A DNA stretch of 60,525 bases, the filler included, from Sphacelaria rigidula (Eukaryota), in the NCBI GenBank assembly GCA_964200075.2. It is 4 parts of 4 records of this genome, joined end to end, with 100 filler letters (N's around TTAATTAATTAA, not from the genome) between each part and the next. Parts side by side here need not be neighbours in the genome. Positions count along the whole stretch, not along the records: positions 45,472 to 60,525 come from CAXNAA020001931.1; 3 more parts are not named here. One strand, given 5' to 3'. Shown here piece after piece: positions 49,201-60,525 of the stretch. The notes beneath the pieces were generated by a model. That model did not search any database, was not told where the DNA came from, and worked only from the letters and a program-made list of their open reading frames with translations. Position numbers and translations under genes: made by a program. Positions within the stretch are counted from its first letter, which is position 1, and every line of letters starts with the position of its first letter.

Positions 49201-52200
49201 GTATCTATAGATGTACCAGAGCGACCAGTACCAGCGACGACAAAGGCAACAACTAAGCAATACCAGCGCTCGAGAACACCGCAATGACTCCACAATTTCT
49301 GGTTGTCACTGTTGCATTCCATCTTCACCCATCCATCCGTCCATGCCATACGTCCGATCACGCATCTCCGCTAGGGTGCTCTGGCGAAAGATCTAGAGAA
49401 ACGACGGAAGGTCCAAGGAGAAGCCGGCCGCGGTACAGCCGCAGACAACGGCACCCGGGGCATGGAGGGTGGCGGTCATAGACGCTGCGGTGGAAGAAAA
49501 GAGAGAAAAACAGCAGCACCTTCCACCTTCGTCGACAATATCACTTCCCGATCGTTCCAAGCGATGAAGACGCGGGCGCTGAGGGCTTTCCACCGTACCG
49601 CCACTCGCCTGCAAGCTCTCACGAAGGAGGACTTTCAGCAGGTCGCCGACCTCGAAGAGCTCGCAGAGTTCACCGTCAGTACCGTTACCATTGCTGGACG
49701 TACTGCCGACGACAAAACGACTCAATCCGCGGCCACTGCTGACGGGACTGAGGACGATGTCGGTGAAGAAAATCAAGATTCGAGGGAACAGGCCAAAGAA
49801 GAAGAAATTGACCCCACCCCGAGTCTGTCCTCCGCCCGCCGTACCCAAGCTGATAGCAAAATCGGACGGCTATCAGGCGCTGTGGACGAGGTCAAGGGAA
49901 TCGAGGGTACAGCAGTAGATGACAGTGGAGGAGCAAGGATTGCTGTGGCCTCGTCCGTCCTGCGCGTGCTTCGAGCTACGATCGTGATATTGGGGGGGTG
50001 CGGCCTTGGGGCTTTACCTTCGGACAGAGACCTATGGACAGCGGTGCGAGCAATGCTCCTGGATGGGAGCTTGCGCCACCGCATGCGACACTTCGATCGG
50101 TGCGTACTTTTGGCGCGTTCCGTGCGTGGTGCAAAGAAAACAAGTGTATAAGAAACAGCGGATCAGCGGTATACTGAAAACGTCTTTGTAAATGGAAGTT
50201 CAAGGTGCACTTGATCATCCGTGGCGGTGGTATGTAGTGTAGCTCCAAATGAAAGGGCGAATCAGTGGTGACCAGAACAATGTACGTGCCGTTGGCGTCC
50301 GTCCTGTCCCTGTAGCAAGCTCCGAAGTTCTTTGCACTCCTTCTATACGCAGACGAGCCGTGCCGGCCGGTGTACTGAACGGGGTGCGAGCGCTTCTAAA
50401 CATAAACAACGACATCAGAGGAGGGGAAGACGGACGCCCGGCATCTCATGAGGAGATCCCTAACCAAATGCCGCAAGATGAGCATATGAGGTTTATTACT
50501 GCCGCCGATGGAGTTGACACAGGTGCAGGACCTGCAGAAGGAAACGGCAGAGTTCGCAAGAGACACAGCGGGAGTGAACGTGATGAGGGCTCCTTCAAGC
50601 AAAGAAATGGTCGTCTCAACAAGGGCAGCGATGATAATGATGATGACGAGGGTACAGGGAAAGAGGACGGCCGATCGCGCGAAGAAAGTGAAAGCAGCGT
50701 AGAAGAGGACAAGGACAGATCAGACCCATGGGGAGAAGGCGCCGGTGAAGCAGCGTGGGGCAGGTGCAAAAATTAACAAGCCTCCGCTTACAAAATCGTA
50801 ACGCCGTTCACTTCATGTATGACATTATCAGCATTGATCGTCGATACTTTGCACGACCGTCCCCACAAGAGTTGAATAATGGCTACACGGCAATTCTGGC
50901 TCTATTTGCTGGAGGGCTCTCTTAATTTTTGTCCGAAACCACCAAGCAGGAATCTCGGTGGCAGTAAACGTAGACTCGCGTTGGTCGAGGCGCTCGGGTC
51001 GTGGTGCGCTGCAGTGTCAGCCTACGATCGGATCGTCCGACCAGCTCCCGGCAGTGCGGCGGAGCGGGCGGCGACGGCTGAGTTGGAGTGGACCGCTTTG
51101 GAACGGCGTATTGCTCGCGCGCAGCTTGACGTACAATTGGAGGAGTTTAGGTCAGCTCCGTGCTTTCCCTCTGACGAAGCAGTACAACATACGGGGTGGA
51201 ATATTAGAACTGGGGTGGAATATTAGAACTGGGTAGCATATGACAGCTTCTGTGACATGAGAGGGCGGTACCGTGTGATCATGCTGTTCCTCGGGATTCT
51301 GACCTTAGGTTTTGCACTTTCTTCGGGGATTTAAAAAAAAAGCCAAGCTTGCTGCTTTTGCGCGAGCAGTAGAATAATCGTTGCTGGAGCAGACTCGATC
51401 TGAATCTCGAATATTTCCTACCAGTTATTCCACAGTGCGAGCTGAAGTCCCTTATTGAATCGATCGTGCTCTCAAAACAACAACGAAGCACAAGGGAGGT
51501 CGTTCGTTTTGCAATGATGTCTTTCAGATGCTCATTATCACGTCCTCGATGATCATTTGACCAGTGCCGTGTCTTGGAGAGCGTCATTATCCAGCCCGTG
51601 CGACCGACACCCATTCGGTGACGGCCGCATTCATATTCCATCCGCAGATTCCAGCTTCTGTCGACCGAGACAGCAGCGGCCAAGAAGACCATCGAATACC
51701 TCACTCAGAAGCGAGCTTGGGGTGAATCTAAGCTGTCGGTAGCTCGCACTCTGTCCCTCGTCTCTCCGGCTGGTCATTCTCTCGTGTCCTGGGCCGCCGC
51801 GTGCGGTCAGGTGGAAGTGGTGGAGCTATTGATGGATCATGGCTCAACTGCGGGTCCCGGAGACGAAATGAGGACCGCATCTGCCATCATTATACAGGTA
51901 CTAGTTTTAGAGTGAAACCGTTGTGACAGCGCATGCAGTTTCACTCGGAGTATGCCCCTTGCGATTTTCTGCTCTCACTACCAATACTTGAGCCCATTTT
52001 CGCAGTAGCAACGGGGAGACCCAATGAAGAAGACAAAGAGCACGGCAGATGTTTACGATGATGCACTGCAGGGAACTTGGCAAGTCCCAGAGATCGGTCA
52101 CCTTATGAGGCCGTGTGGGTTATGATGTGTTCATCTGTTTCGCGCGGCGAATGTCGTCGTGGCTGCGTTCCTCACACACACTTCTCTTCCGATTGATGAC

Positions 52201-55200
52201 GCGAGGTCACGACCCAACGACCTCCTTTCTCCCCTCACCAATCGGTTCTTTGGTTGGCCATTCAGAAATTCTATCGATTTCGACGTTGGGTTCGGAAACG
52301 GATGTTTTCGCAATCGGCGGTCGGAATTGGCGGCGGTGGAAGTGGGACTGTAGAAGCAAACAAGGATGGGGGGCAGGCCGTCCTGAAACATCGCATGGAG
52401 TACGCCATAGCGTTACTAGGGACGCACTCTACGGTGGCGCGGCTGAGAAGGACCAGACGTTTCCCGCTCACAGAGGCAGCGTACAACGGGCACCACGATG
52501 TCTTACAGGTATGCGTGCTCATGAGCAGCAGACACCAGACACCAGACCCTAGCGGTACCTCTGCTCGGGAAAGAGATTCAGAGAACGTACTTGCACCGGC
52601 GTGGCGAGTGCTGTAGTCAGAATTATTCTCAAACTTTTGGGTGTCGGTTCCTGGACATTAGCGAGAGGATGGCTCGATCCGTCTACCTGCGTCCTTCCTA
52701 GCACGAATCCACCTCCTTCGCCCCCTCCTCAAGAGGACGCGGGGTCAACGACCTAGCTGCCTAGGCATGTAATAAATGAGAGCTCCACTCTCCCATCCCA
52801 TGTTGCCCGAGCGCTCCGTGCAGTTCTTCCGTATGCGACGGATACCGCTTTACGCCGCCTGCCGTACATGGCTCTACCCCAGTGCACCTCCTCCATTCGC
52901 TGCAATCGCGGACGGTGCTTTGGAGAACTATGAGCTTGGGGATACACCAATGAGCGTGGAGGATTGTGCGAAGGCGGGAGTCCGTGACCGGGGATGCAAG
53001 CAGCGTATCCCCGGGAAAGGATGGGTGGGGGAATGGGAAAAGGACAACCGGTTTGCGATATCGGAAAGGATCGCGGGGGCAATTTGGAGAGAGATCACTA
53101 CGATTGCTGAAATGGGTAAGGAGGAAAAGGCAAGAAGGAGAGCGCTTCGACTCAAGGTATGTCGTGATCAGCGTGCGTGTTTTCATGGGTGCGGTGCAGA
53201 ATATGCAGAATATGCAGAATATGCAGAATATGCAAAATATGCAATTGCTTCTGGCGTTCCTCCGGAGTCTCCACGTACTGCGTGCAGACAGGCGCTCTTT
53301 CGACTGGATTATCACATAAGTTTTTCCTACTGTGCCTTACTCCATGTCCCACGTCAGACATGAACGCATGATTTTAGGTGATAACAATGATCACCATGCC
53401 CCGCCGCCCTCTTTCCGCGTTCCGTAATGTCTGCCCGTGATGCTTCAGGCCCGTAGGCAAGAGGATCTGACCAAACGTATCGACATCGCGATAGAGGAAG
53501 GATATGTCAAGACACCGGAAATATTAGCCCTGTGCCAGGTAAGCCCTTTCTGCCCAGCAAACTTCAGTCCAAGATAGTATTTTTTTGTATCTAGTGACCA
53601 ACAAACATCGAAGATTGTCGGAAACGACAGGTGTACTAGGGACTGCTAGCAATGTGTATCACTTACGAGTATACCATGATCAAGGATTCCGCCAGAAGCC
53701 CCGGGGAACCTCTGGGGTGTTCCAGTAGTACTCTGGTCGATAGGGGATGGCGGCTTAGAATCTCCATTCCGTCTTCTGACTTGCCGCTATGATCGTATGC
53801 CCATTTTTCAACGCATACCTCGTCTACTTACCAGCCATGCAAATCCCTGAACATGATGCGTTATAGGAGGGTGTGTCCATCGACCGAGAGACGGCGGGTG
53901 GCAAGACGGCGCTGATCAGTGCTGCCGAGGAGGATCCATGTGCCCCCGGGCACTCATGGGTGAGGAACGAGGAGGGCTGGGAGGTGCTCGCTACGGCGCT
54001 GCTTCTGGACAGACGTATACGCCGCCCAAAGGTGGGTCGGTATGCCTGGAGCCACTTTGCTGTGACTCCCCGCGAGTATTGTCCTTGAAAAAGTAACATA
54101 TCATCCACCTTTTCTTGGCTCCTTGGTCGTCGGGAGCGGGGTCTGCTGTAAAGATCGAGTTACGACACTCTGGGGGAAGTGCGTGCTTCAAATGAAGGGT
54201 CGTTTCGTTGCAACGGTGCGGGATTCTCACGCCCCGGCCATGCCAGGGGCGGCTATATGCTTGGCGAAACGTAACCCCTCCCTGTCCGCCAACACGCACA
54301 CACCAACCCACTCTCCATGCCCATTCGGTATGACAGATCGATTACGAATCTCGAACCACAGGAGAAACCGCCCTCACGCGCGCCTGTACCCTGGGTCGTC
54401 TCGAAACGGCCGAAGTCCTGCTCGATCGTGGAGCAGACATCAATCACATCCCTAAGTTTCGGGGGGCGCAGGCACGGTCCTCCCCATCCACCCCGCAGAA
54501 GCAGCGGTCCGCAGAGCCAGAAATACAACGTCTGCCCCCGTCGACGGCACGGGGGCAGGAAACGGCGGCGGCGGCGGCGGAGGCGGCGGCAAGGGTGGCA
54601 CACTTACGGCGACCACCTCTGGTTACCGCTGCCGCGGCCGGCCACTCGGAGATGGTGAGACTGTTGTTGGACAGAGGAGCTGATACAACGCTGCGTGATG
54701 GAGAGGGAAAGACGGCTGCGGACGTTGCTCGAGAGGAAGGTTTCGTGGACGTGTCGAGGGAGCTTGCACGGGTGCGTTCTTCGCAATGGTAGTATTGATA
54801 TGTACATGAAAATCGATTTGTAGCAGTGACGACTCCGGTTAGGGGTGAGAGTCCAAGGGGTATGGGTGTGTCGCGACAATGCTGATGCCTTCACAAAGTG
54901 CAATTTACACCGCATTCCACTCCATGAACTCTCACCATGGCTGAGTTGTGCAGCGTCGATTGTCGCGTGTCTCACTGTACATATGGCGGTGACACGAAGT
55001 TGAAGAAGCGATCGCAGAACAGTGGGTATATCCGGCCACCGCATCCCAGTGGTGAAACTGTCGAAACTGTCTAAATTGTCGTCATCGATCAATTTGGGCG
55101 GAGAAGTGGCTTCAATTATTTATTTCACCGATTTCCGTCGTGGAGAAATTCTGAAAGCCGACAAGCTGCGGGGTTGATGGTAGTCATGATCCAACACTCG

Positions 55201-58200
55201 ATAGCAAAATGCAAGGTCAGTACCGGGAGGGGGTGTGTGTCCATCCCCCGAGATTATGGAGTCGCCCTGACGAAGGGGAGGGGGTCAAAACTATGACGAG
55301 GAAGCAATATAGGTATATACTGTATGTGTATGTGTATATATCAACTGATAATGGGTCTCCAAAAACGCCACATTTTTTGCTGGAGATGCAATCATCGTTT
55401 TCTTGAAATTTGCGAAGGAAACGAACCCTAAAAGAGAGGTGGTGGTAAGAATGTTGCTCAGATTTCCTACCGGGATGGTTCAATGCGGGCCGAAGCCTCT
55501 GTTTCAACTCCTGGACGGCAATTTCCTCACCTACATCTGCACTCTGTATCGATTCTCGACTGCTCTGCTTATGTCGCGCAAGTCTGGGAGGCAACAACCC
55601 CCTCCGGCGCACTCACCTCATATACTAATACATACATGAAAGTATACTTTAGCGTGATAAGGTCATACAACGCCCAACTTTCTGTCTGTCCAAGTGATTT
55701 CGCATTCTGTTATGTACCTCCGTTCATTTCCCTACCTTCCCACTCGGCCCAGAAAGAACATGGTCACCTTGGGCTTGCCGTCGGAGAGCGCGGAGCAGCA
55801 AACCCATTGGTCCCTTGTGGTTGGGGGTGCGGAAAACTACTACCGACCGGAGACGACAAAATTGCGCACGAAAACGGGTGCGCCCATCGAGAGGTAATTG
55901 GTATGGTGCTCGACAACATGCTTGCTGGGTCAAATCTGCATTCAGCTTTTCCAGCCTCCCTCATGCAATTTCCAACGCCACGTTGCACGCCATTTAGCAA
56001 GCCAACTGTGTGAAGCTCCAGTCTTGTACTCTGGATTGTCTCTTAGTCTAAATTACTCTTTCGGCGTGTCAATTCACGTGCGATATCCACAAACACGTCC
56101 GCGCATTCAATGTGGCGTGCTTGCAGGTGGAATGTGCGTATTCCTGTGGAGCGTATCGGCTGCAACATCGCCAGCTGGAGCGCCACCTGACGGAGTTTTG
56201 TCCCCGACGTCCGGTAGTGTGTAGATCTCGGTGCGGCATGACAGTTCCCGCCGAGGAGTACCCAGATCACCAGGCAAGGTGTTCTTCCTCATCTGCTGAT
56301 TGAGGTCCGCAATCAAGATAAATAAATCGATGAGGGACAAGTGGGGCCGTTTCTCATAGCCGCCGCATGGTGTTCGCACATACTCGCCGATTAGGAAGCT
56401 TCTGATATCATCAGAGCTGCTGAAAAGTCTCGCGTGACAATGGTATTAAGCAGGGAGTGTATCGGTACAAGCTGACCGTACCACGCTTTTGCTGGCCTAC
56501 AGTGGTGAGCAAAGCGACTCTTCGACAATCAGGAGTCAAGTTTGCATGGCGAGGGCTGCGAAACGACTGTGTAGGCCACAGAGCTTCTATTTAGAGTGCA
56601 TTAATTCGATACCCGACGCCGTTTTGCTAATGTGTGATGGAAGCTCGTGTGTCTGCCGCACGCTCGATTGAGGCAGTCGACTCATCAACCAGAAACACCT
56701 CTCTTGCCCCCCGCTTCCGCGTTCCTCCTTCACTTTTATGTCGTTCAGGCGACTGTGTGCACGATGCGACCTGTGCGTTGTCCTGCGTGTCACGACAAGG
56801 TAGTCGCGTCGGCGCTGAGCAGGCACTTGGAAGAAACCTGCCGGCGGAGGCTAGAGATCTGTGAGCAGGGATGCGGAGAGAGTGTCGCCGTGGAGGACAT
56901 GCGTCGTCACTTGGCTGAGGCACGTGTTGCGTATAGCTGTAGCGGTTGCGGTTGCGCGATGAACGACGAGTAAGAGAACGGTGGTGGCAACGGCGGCGGG
57001 GTTGCGCTGTGTGATTGGCTCGGGGGAACATTCCTTCTACCGTAGCAGTAGGAGAAGGCTGGCGAATATGCTTGTAAAATGTCGGGCTAAACCCTCAGAT
57101 GTTTGCCGTCCATTTGGGTTCAACTCCAAAACCATCCTCAAATGCACATATATGCCCCCAAGTACGTTTACAAACGTCGTTGGTTTGTCTCGACAACACA
57201 GGCATGCCCGCTAATGAACATCCTGTGTCACCTGGGTTGCGGGACAACAATGTGGCTCAAAATGAGACCAGACCACGAGAAGTCGCTGTGTAGCGAGCGG
57301 ATGGTGAAGTGCAAGTGGAGATGCGGGCAGGAAATAAAGGTGAGGCATTGCGACGCGGTTCGGGTGGAAATTTAACGCAAGGAGCTGCACCAGTCTATGC
57401 CTACGCGGCAGAGTTGTTCGGAGGTCCGAGGATTTCAAATTTGATCGCATGTGTCAGAGTGTTCGGAACGAGGCACGCGCGTTACAGCAAGGGCGCCAAT
57501 TTCCCCGTACATTCGTGAGATCTAGTCATCCCAATAACCTCGAGTACACTGGCGATATCAGAAGACTCGTAATTCGCGCGCCTTCACCTTCATGCCGTTT
57601 AGTAGCGTACATCCCTTTTTCGTGCTGACGCTCTCAGGCCAAGCATATCTTTGAGCACGAACAGCGGGAATGTCTTCACGTGGAGGTTCCCTGTGGCAAC
57701 CGCTGTGGAGAGACGGTGCCTCTAGGGAAAAAGAAAATTCACTACGCGCAGGAATGCTCACATCGTTTCGTCGAGTGCGGAGTCGGCTGTGGGTACAAAA
57801 TCCGTGCAAAGGTCAGCAATTCCCCTGAGGTTCATGCTACGTTTTACTGTAACCCCTTCCACGGAATACTATTTTCTGTAACCTTATTTTTGTTAACCCC
57901 CCCCCCCTCCTCCCCTTCCCCCGAAGGAATGCGTGATCAATGGTCAAACGACTAAGGCAAGCAACAAATGAGTACCCCCCCCCCCCGGAAGTCCGCAATG
58001 TAGTGCCAGCTTGTACGCGCAGCAGAGGTGGTATCTTTATCCTCGACCTAACCTCCAACGGCGGGAATACTCAGGCGACGGAGAGATGATAGTGTGTTGA
58101 AAACCGGCGGGGGCTTCTCGCGTTGAATAAAATGTGAATTTCGGGTCTTCTCGAAGAATGTTCCTGAAACGTTATATTTCCGGCTGTAGAGTAGTAGAAC

Positions 58201-59568
58201 AATAGGTGAAGAATTAAAGCAGTCAGTACCACACCGCCAAACGTTGCCCAAATTGTACACTGTGCAAATATTTATATGGCACAGGGATATCGATAGACGG
58301 ATTCATTCTCCCCTGACAGGATTTGGCTTGTCACGAGGTCAGCGAGTGCAAAGCTCGAATGATCATGTGCCCCCGCGGATGCGGTGACGGACCGCTTCAA
58401 GCGAAAGTTACAGAGATCCACTTGAAGCACGACTGCATACTCAGGACAGTGAAGTGTGCGGCATGCGGCGATGAAGTTTCCGCCGGCGATCTGGACGCCC
58501 ACAAGGCGGACACTTGCAGGTATTTACGTACTTAGGAGACAAGTGAATATCACACGCACTCACGCAGCAGAACACCGGTAACGGACAGTTGATACATCGC
58601 TTGCAGTGCAGAGTTTACCTGGTACCCTTGTGCTACGTAGTGTAATGATATTTGCACTCGATATCGAGACCGTCGTGTGCGACTTGGGCGCGGAACTATT
58701 TGCTCGGGTGCCTCAGACTATTATCATCCCAATCCCGACTTCGGCATTTCATATCAACCGGTGAATGTGATTGTATTGTAACGTCAGGCGGCGGCTAGTC
58801 GTCTGCAGCAATGAGCGCTGTACGTTGCACCTTCCCGCGGAGGACATGGAAATACACGAAGCGATGGAATGTTCTTATCGGACAGTTTGGTGCCTTCAGG
58901 TAGACAAATCACCCTGCAATAAACCTCTTGTCACGGTTTTCCCATGAGTGTTGAGTCATATATCGAGGTGCAGGCACCGCACGGAAGAGAAACAAAAAGT
59001 GCACGGTTCATGGATCTTCCATCCTGTCACGCGGGAGCGCAAAAAGCAACAAGGGTGGTACGCAACGCCACAAGGTTTTGCACATTTTCCCGGACAATGA
59101 TGATATCTCACAAGAAAACAAGCAGAGGCTATCTTCCTGCCGAAGTTGCAGCGGTGAAAGTATCCACCGAAATCGGGACGAGGTAGAGCACAGCCTCTCG
59201 GGTGTTTCTCCCCAGGTATGCACTTTACGCCGTGAAAACGTTATGGGAACAAGAACAATGTACCGGCGGTATAACGCCTTCAATGCTGCCACAAACCTGA
59301 TGGCGGTAAAAGCGTTGAAGCGCACCCTCAGCTGGAGACGACGCAACATATCATCCTGGGATGCGCAGGTGGCACGGGCACGCCGATTCTGCGCGTCTGG
59401 CTTACGTTAATGCCACCTGCCATTGCCCGCTATCTCCGCCGTACTCTTGTGATCGTCGAATTTGGAAAGGGATGTGGAGAGACCATGATCGCGGATGATA
59501 GACGGCGCCATCACACGCAAACTTGTTCCATGCGGTACCTGCTGTGCCCTTTGGGTTGCCCGAAGAAG
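46237..59568 (+). CDS. Ankyrin-repeat / dynein-stalk-like / IQ / multi-TRAF-zinc-finger protein (partial, 20 exons, ~1560 codons)
   Basis: Exons 46237-46415, 46994-47274, 47744-47928, 49375-50099, 50353-50763, 50950-51150, 51648-51897, 52266-52508, 52824-53156, 53449-53538, 53867-54031, 54337-54771, 55753-55893, 56127-56273, 56749-56919, 57202-57339, 57638-57811, 58320-58519, 58788-58899, 59470-59568 all join in phase without stops. Ankyrin motifs (GDTALTIACARGHVETVRTL, GKTALIEA, GETALTRAC..LLDRGADIN), IQ motif (IIIQKFYRFRRWVRK) and 13 complete Cx2-4C...Hx3-4C fingers. Confidence 0.92.
48004..49183. mobile_element. Tc1/mariner-type non-autonomous element (~1.2 kb, TA TSD), second copy
   Basis: TA|CGAGCTGGGCCA ... 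TGGCCCAGCTCG|TA; shares TTGGTGTG..ATTCCCTGGAG and AAAATCAATATAT..CGAGCAGAG blocks with 26799-27988; intronic. Confidence 0.82.
53196..53245. repeat. 9-bp minisatellite (GCAGAATAT)5
   Basis: Tandem units just inside the intron after 53156. Confidence 0.85.
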
Positions 59569-60525
59569 GTGATTGGGAAAAGACAGAGTTAAAGGTAGCT
59601 CAGAGGAAACGGGAGGTTTGTCAGCCAAGCGCATGAAAGGTATTCTCCACCAGGAAGATTCCCTTGGGTTTCGGACATATGGGAGAGTCACGTGAAGCCC
59701 GCGGTACAAATCACACTTTCATCACAATACTGCACGCCTCTCCCATCTTGCAAATCGAACAGGTTTGGCGTGTCAAACGCTCGCATGCTCCGTTTTTCGT
59801 GAACGGCACAGGAGATGGTAGCTATGAGTTTCATGATTCGAGTCATCCTACGATAGGGGGTGGGGATTTTGATTGCACGAAAAAAGAGGCTCATAGGTGT
59901 GGCGGGTCGTCTGACGCACTCGCGGTATGCTTGTACTTGGTTAAAAACGGTGTCAAGCAGTATAAATGAGCGCTATATGTCTATAACAAGCTCGTTTGAA
60001 CAACCGTTGCTGCTTTCAACGACGATTTAGCTTGGAATTTCGTGCAAGAACTGGCCCAATATACCCCCTCCCCCTCCTATCGTAGGATGACTCATTCATT
60101 TTCCTTGTTCTTTGAATGTGCAATCGGTCGAGGTTTTGTGAACGTAATGGATTGACTTGGACCGCAGTTTTGACCCGCGCCTGATCTATTTTCCTATCTA
60201 CGTTCGGCCCTGGACCTTTCTTGCTTGTCTTGTTTCCATGTTATAGGTCCGAGCATCGGAGATCGACGACCATATGGATCTGTACTGTCTTCGGCGACAT
60301 CTGGCTTGATGCGTATATACTTGACGAGATTGTTGTTGGTCTCGACGACAGCGAGCTTTGGGTTCAGAATCTGTGTACCTGAGGAAAATGAAAGTAATCA
60401 CTCCCTTCAGACACAAGTGTCAGTACCACTGAAATCATCGCCCCACCTAATATTCTTGCTATTGATTGTTGTTGTTGTTGTTGTTGTCTTCACATTAAAA
60501 GCCGTTCCGATATCTGCGCGGTACA

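Noticed and set aside
52776-53363. AEY repeat as part of the ankyrin protein
   Set aside because: It lies after the AAG|GTATGT donor at 53156, so it is an intronic minisatellite read-through.

Overview
Eukaryotic DNA, most likely a brown alga (Phaeophyceae/Ectocarpus-like). This is inferred from long TE-filled GT-AG introns, short GC-rich exons, TTAGGG tracts and stramenopile-style proteins. The window is four contigs of about 15.05 kb (1-15059, 15160-30215, 30316-45371, 45472-60525) joined by 100-nt N/TTAATTAATTAA spacers and ordered by size, so adjacency across spacers is artefactual. Contig 1 holds part of a JMJD6/PSR-like JmjC gene. One of its introns contains a full-length decayed chromodomain Ty3/gypsy element with two nested insertions, and the contig also carries TTAGGG-bearing MITEs and a perfect 46-bp hairpin. 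Contig 2 holds the 3' part of a minus-strand coiled-coil protein gene plus MULE-like and Tc1/mariner-like non-autonomous elements. Contig 3 holds a hAT-type element, a short EF-hand-like gene fragment and a decayed Helitron RepHel split by nested insertions. Contig 4 holds 20 phase-consistent exons (about 1560 codons, partial) of a large protein with ankyrin repeats, an IQ motif and at least 13 TRAF-type zinc fingers. The most interesting signal is a coiled-coil hairpin inserted into its ankyrin array whose tip resembles the dynein heavy-chain microtubule-binding stalk head. This gene also appears to use three GC-AG introns. All homology calls are by eye; no database search was run.
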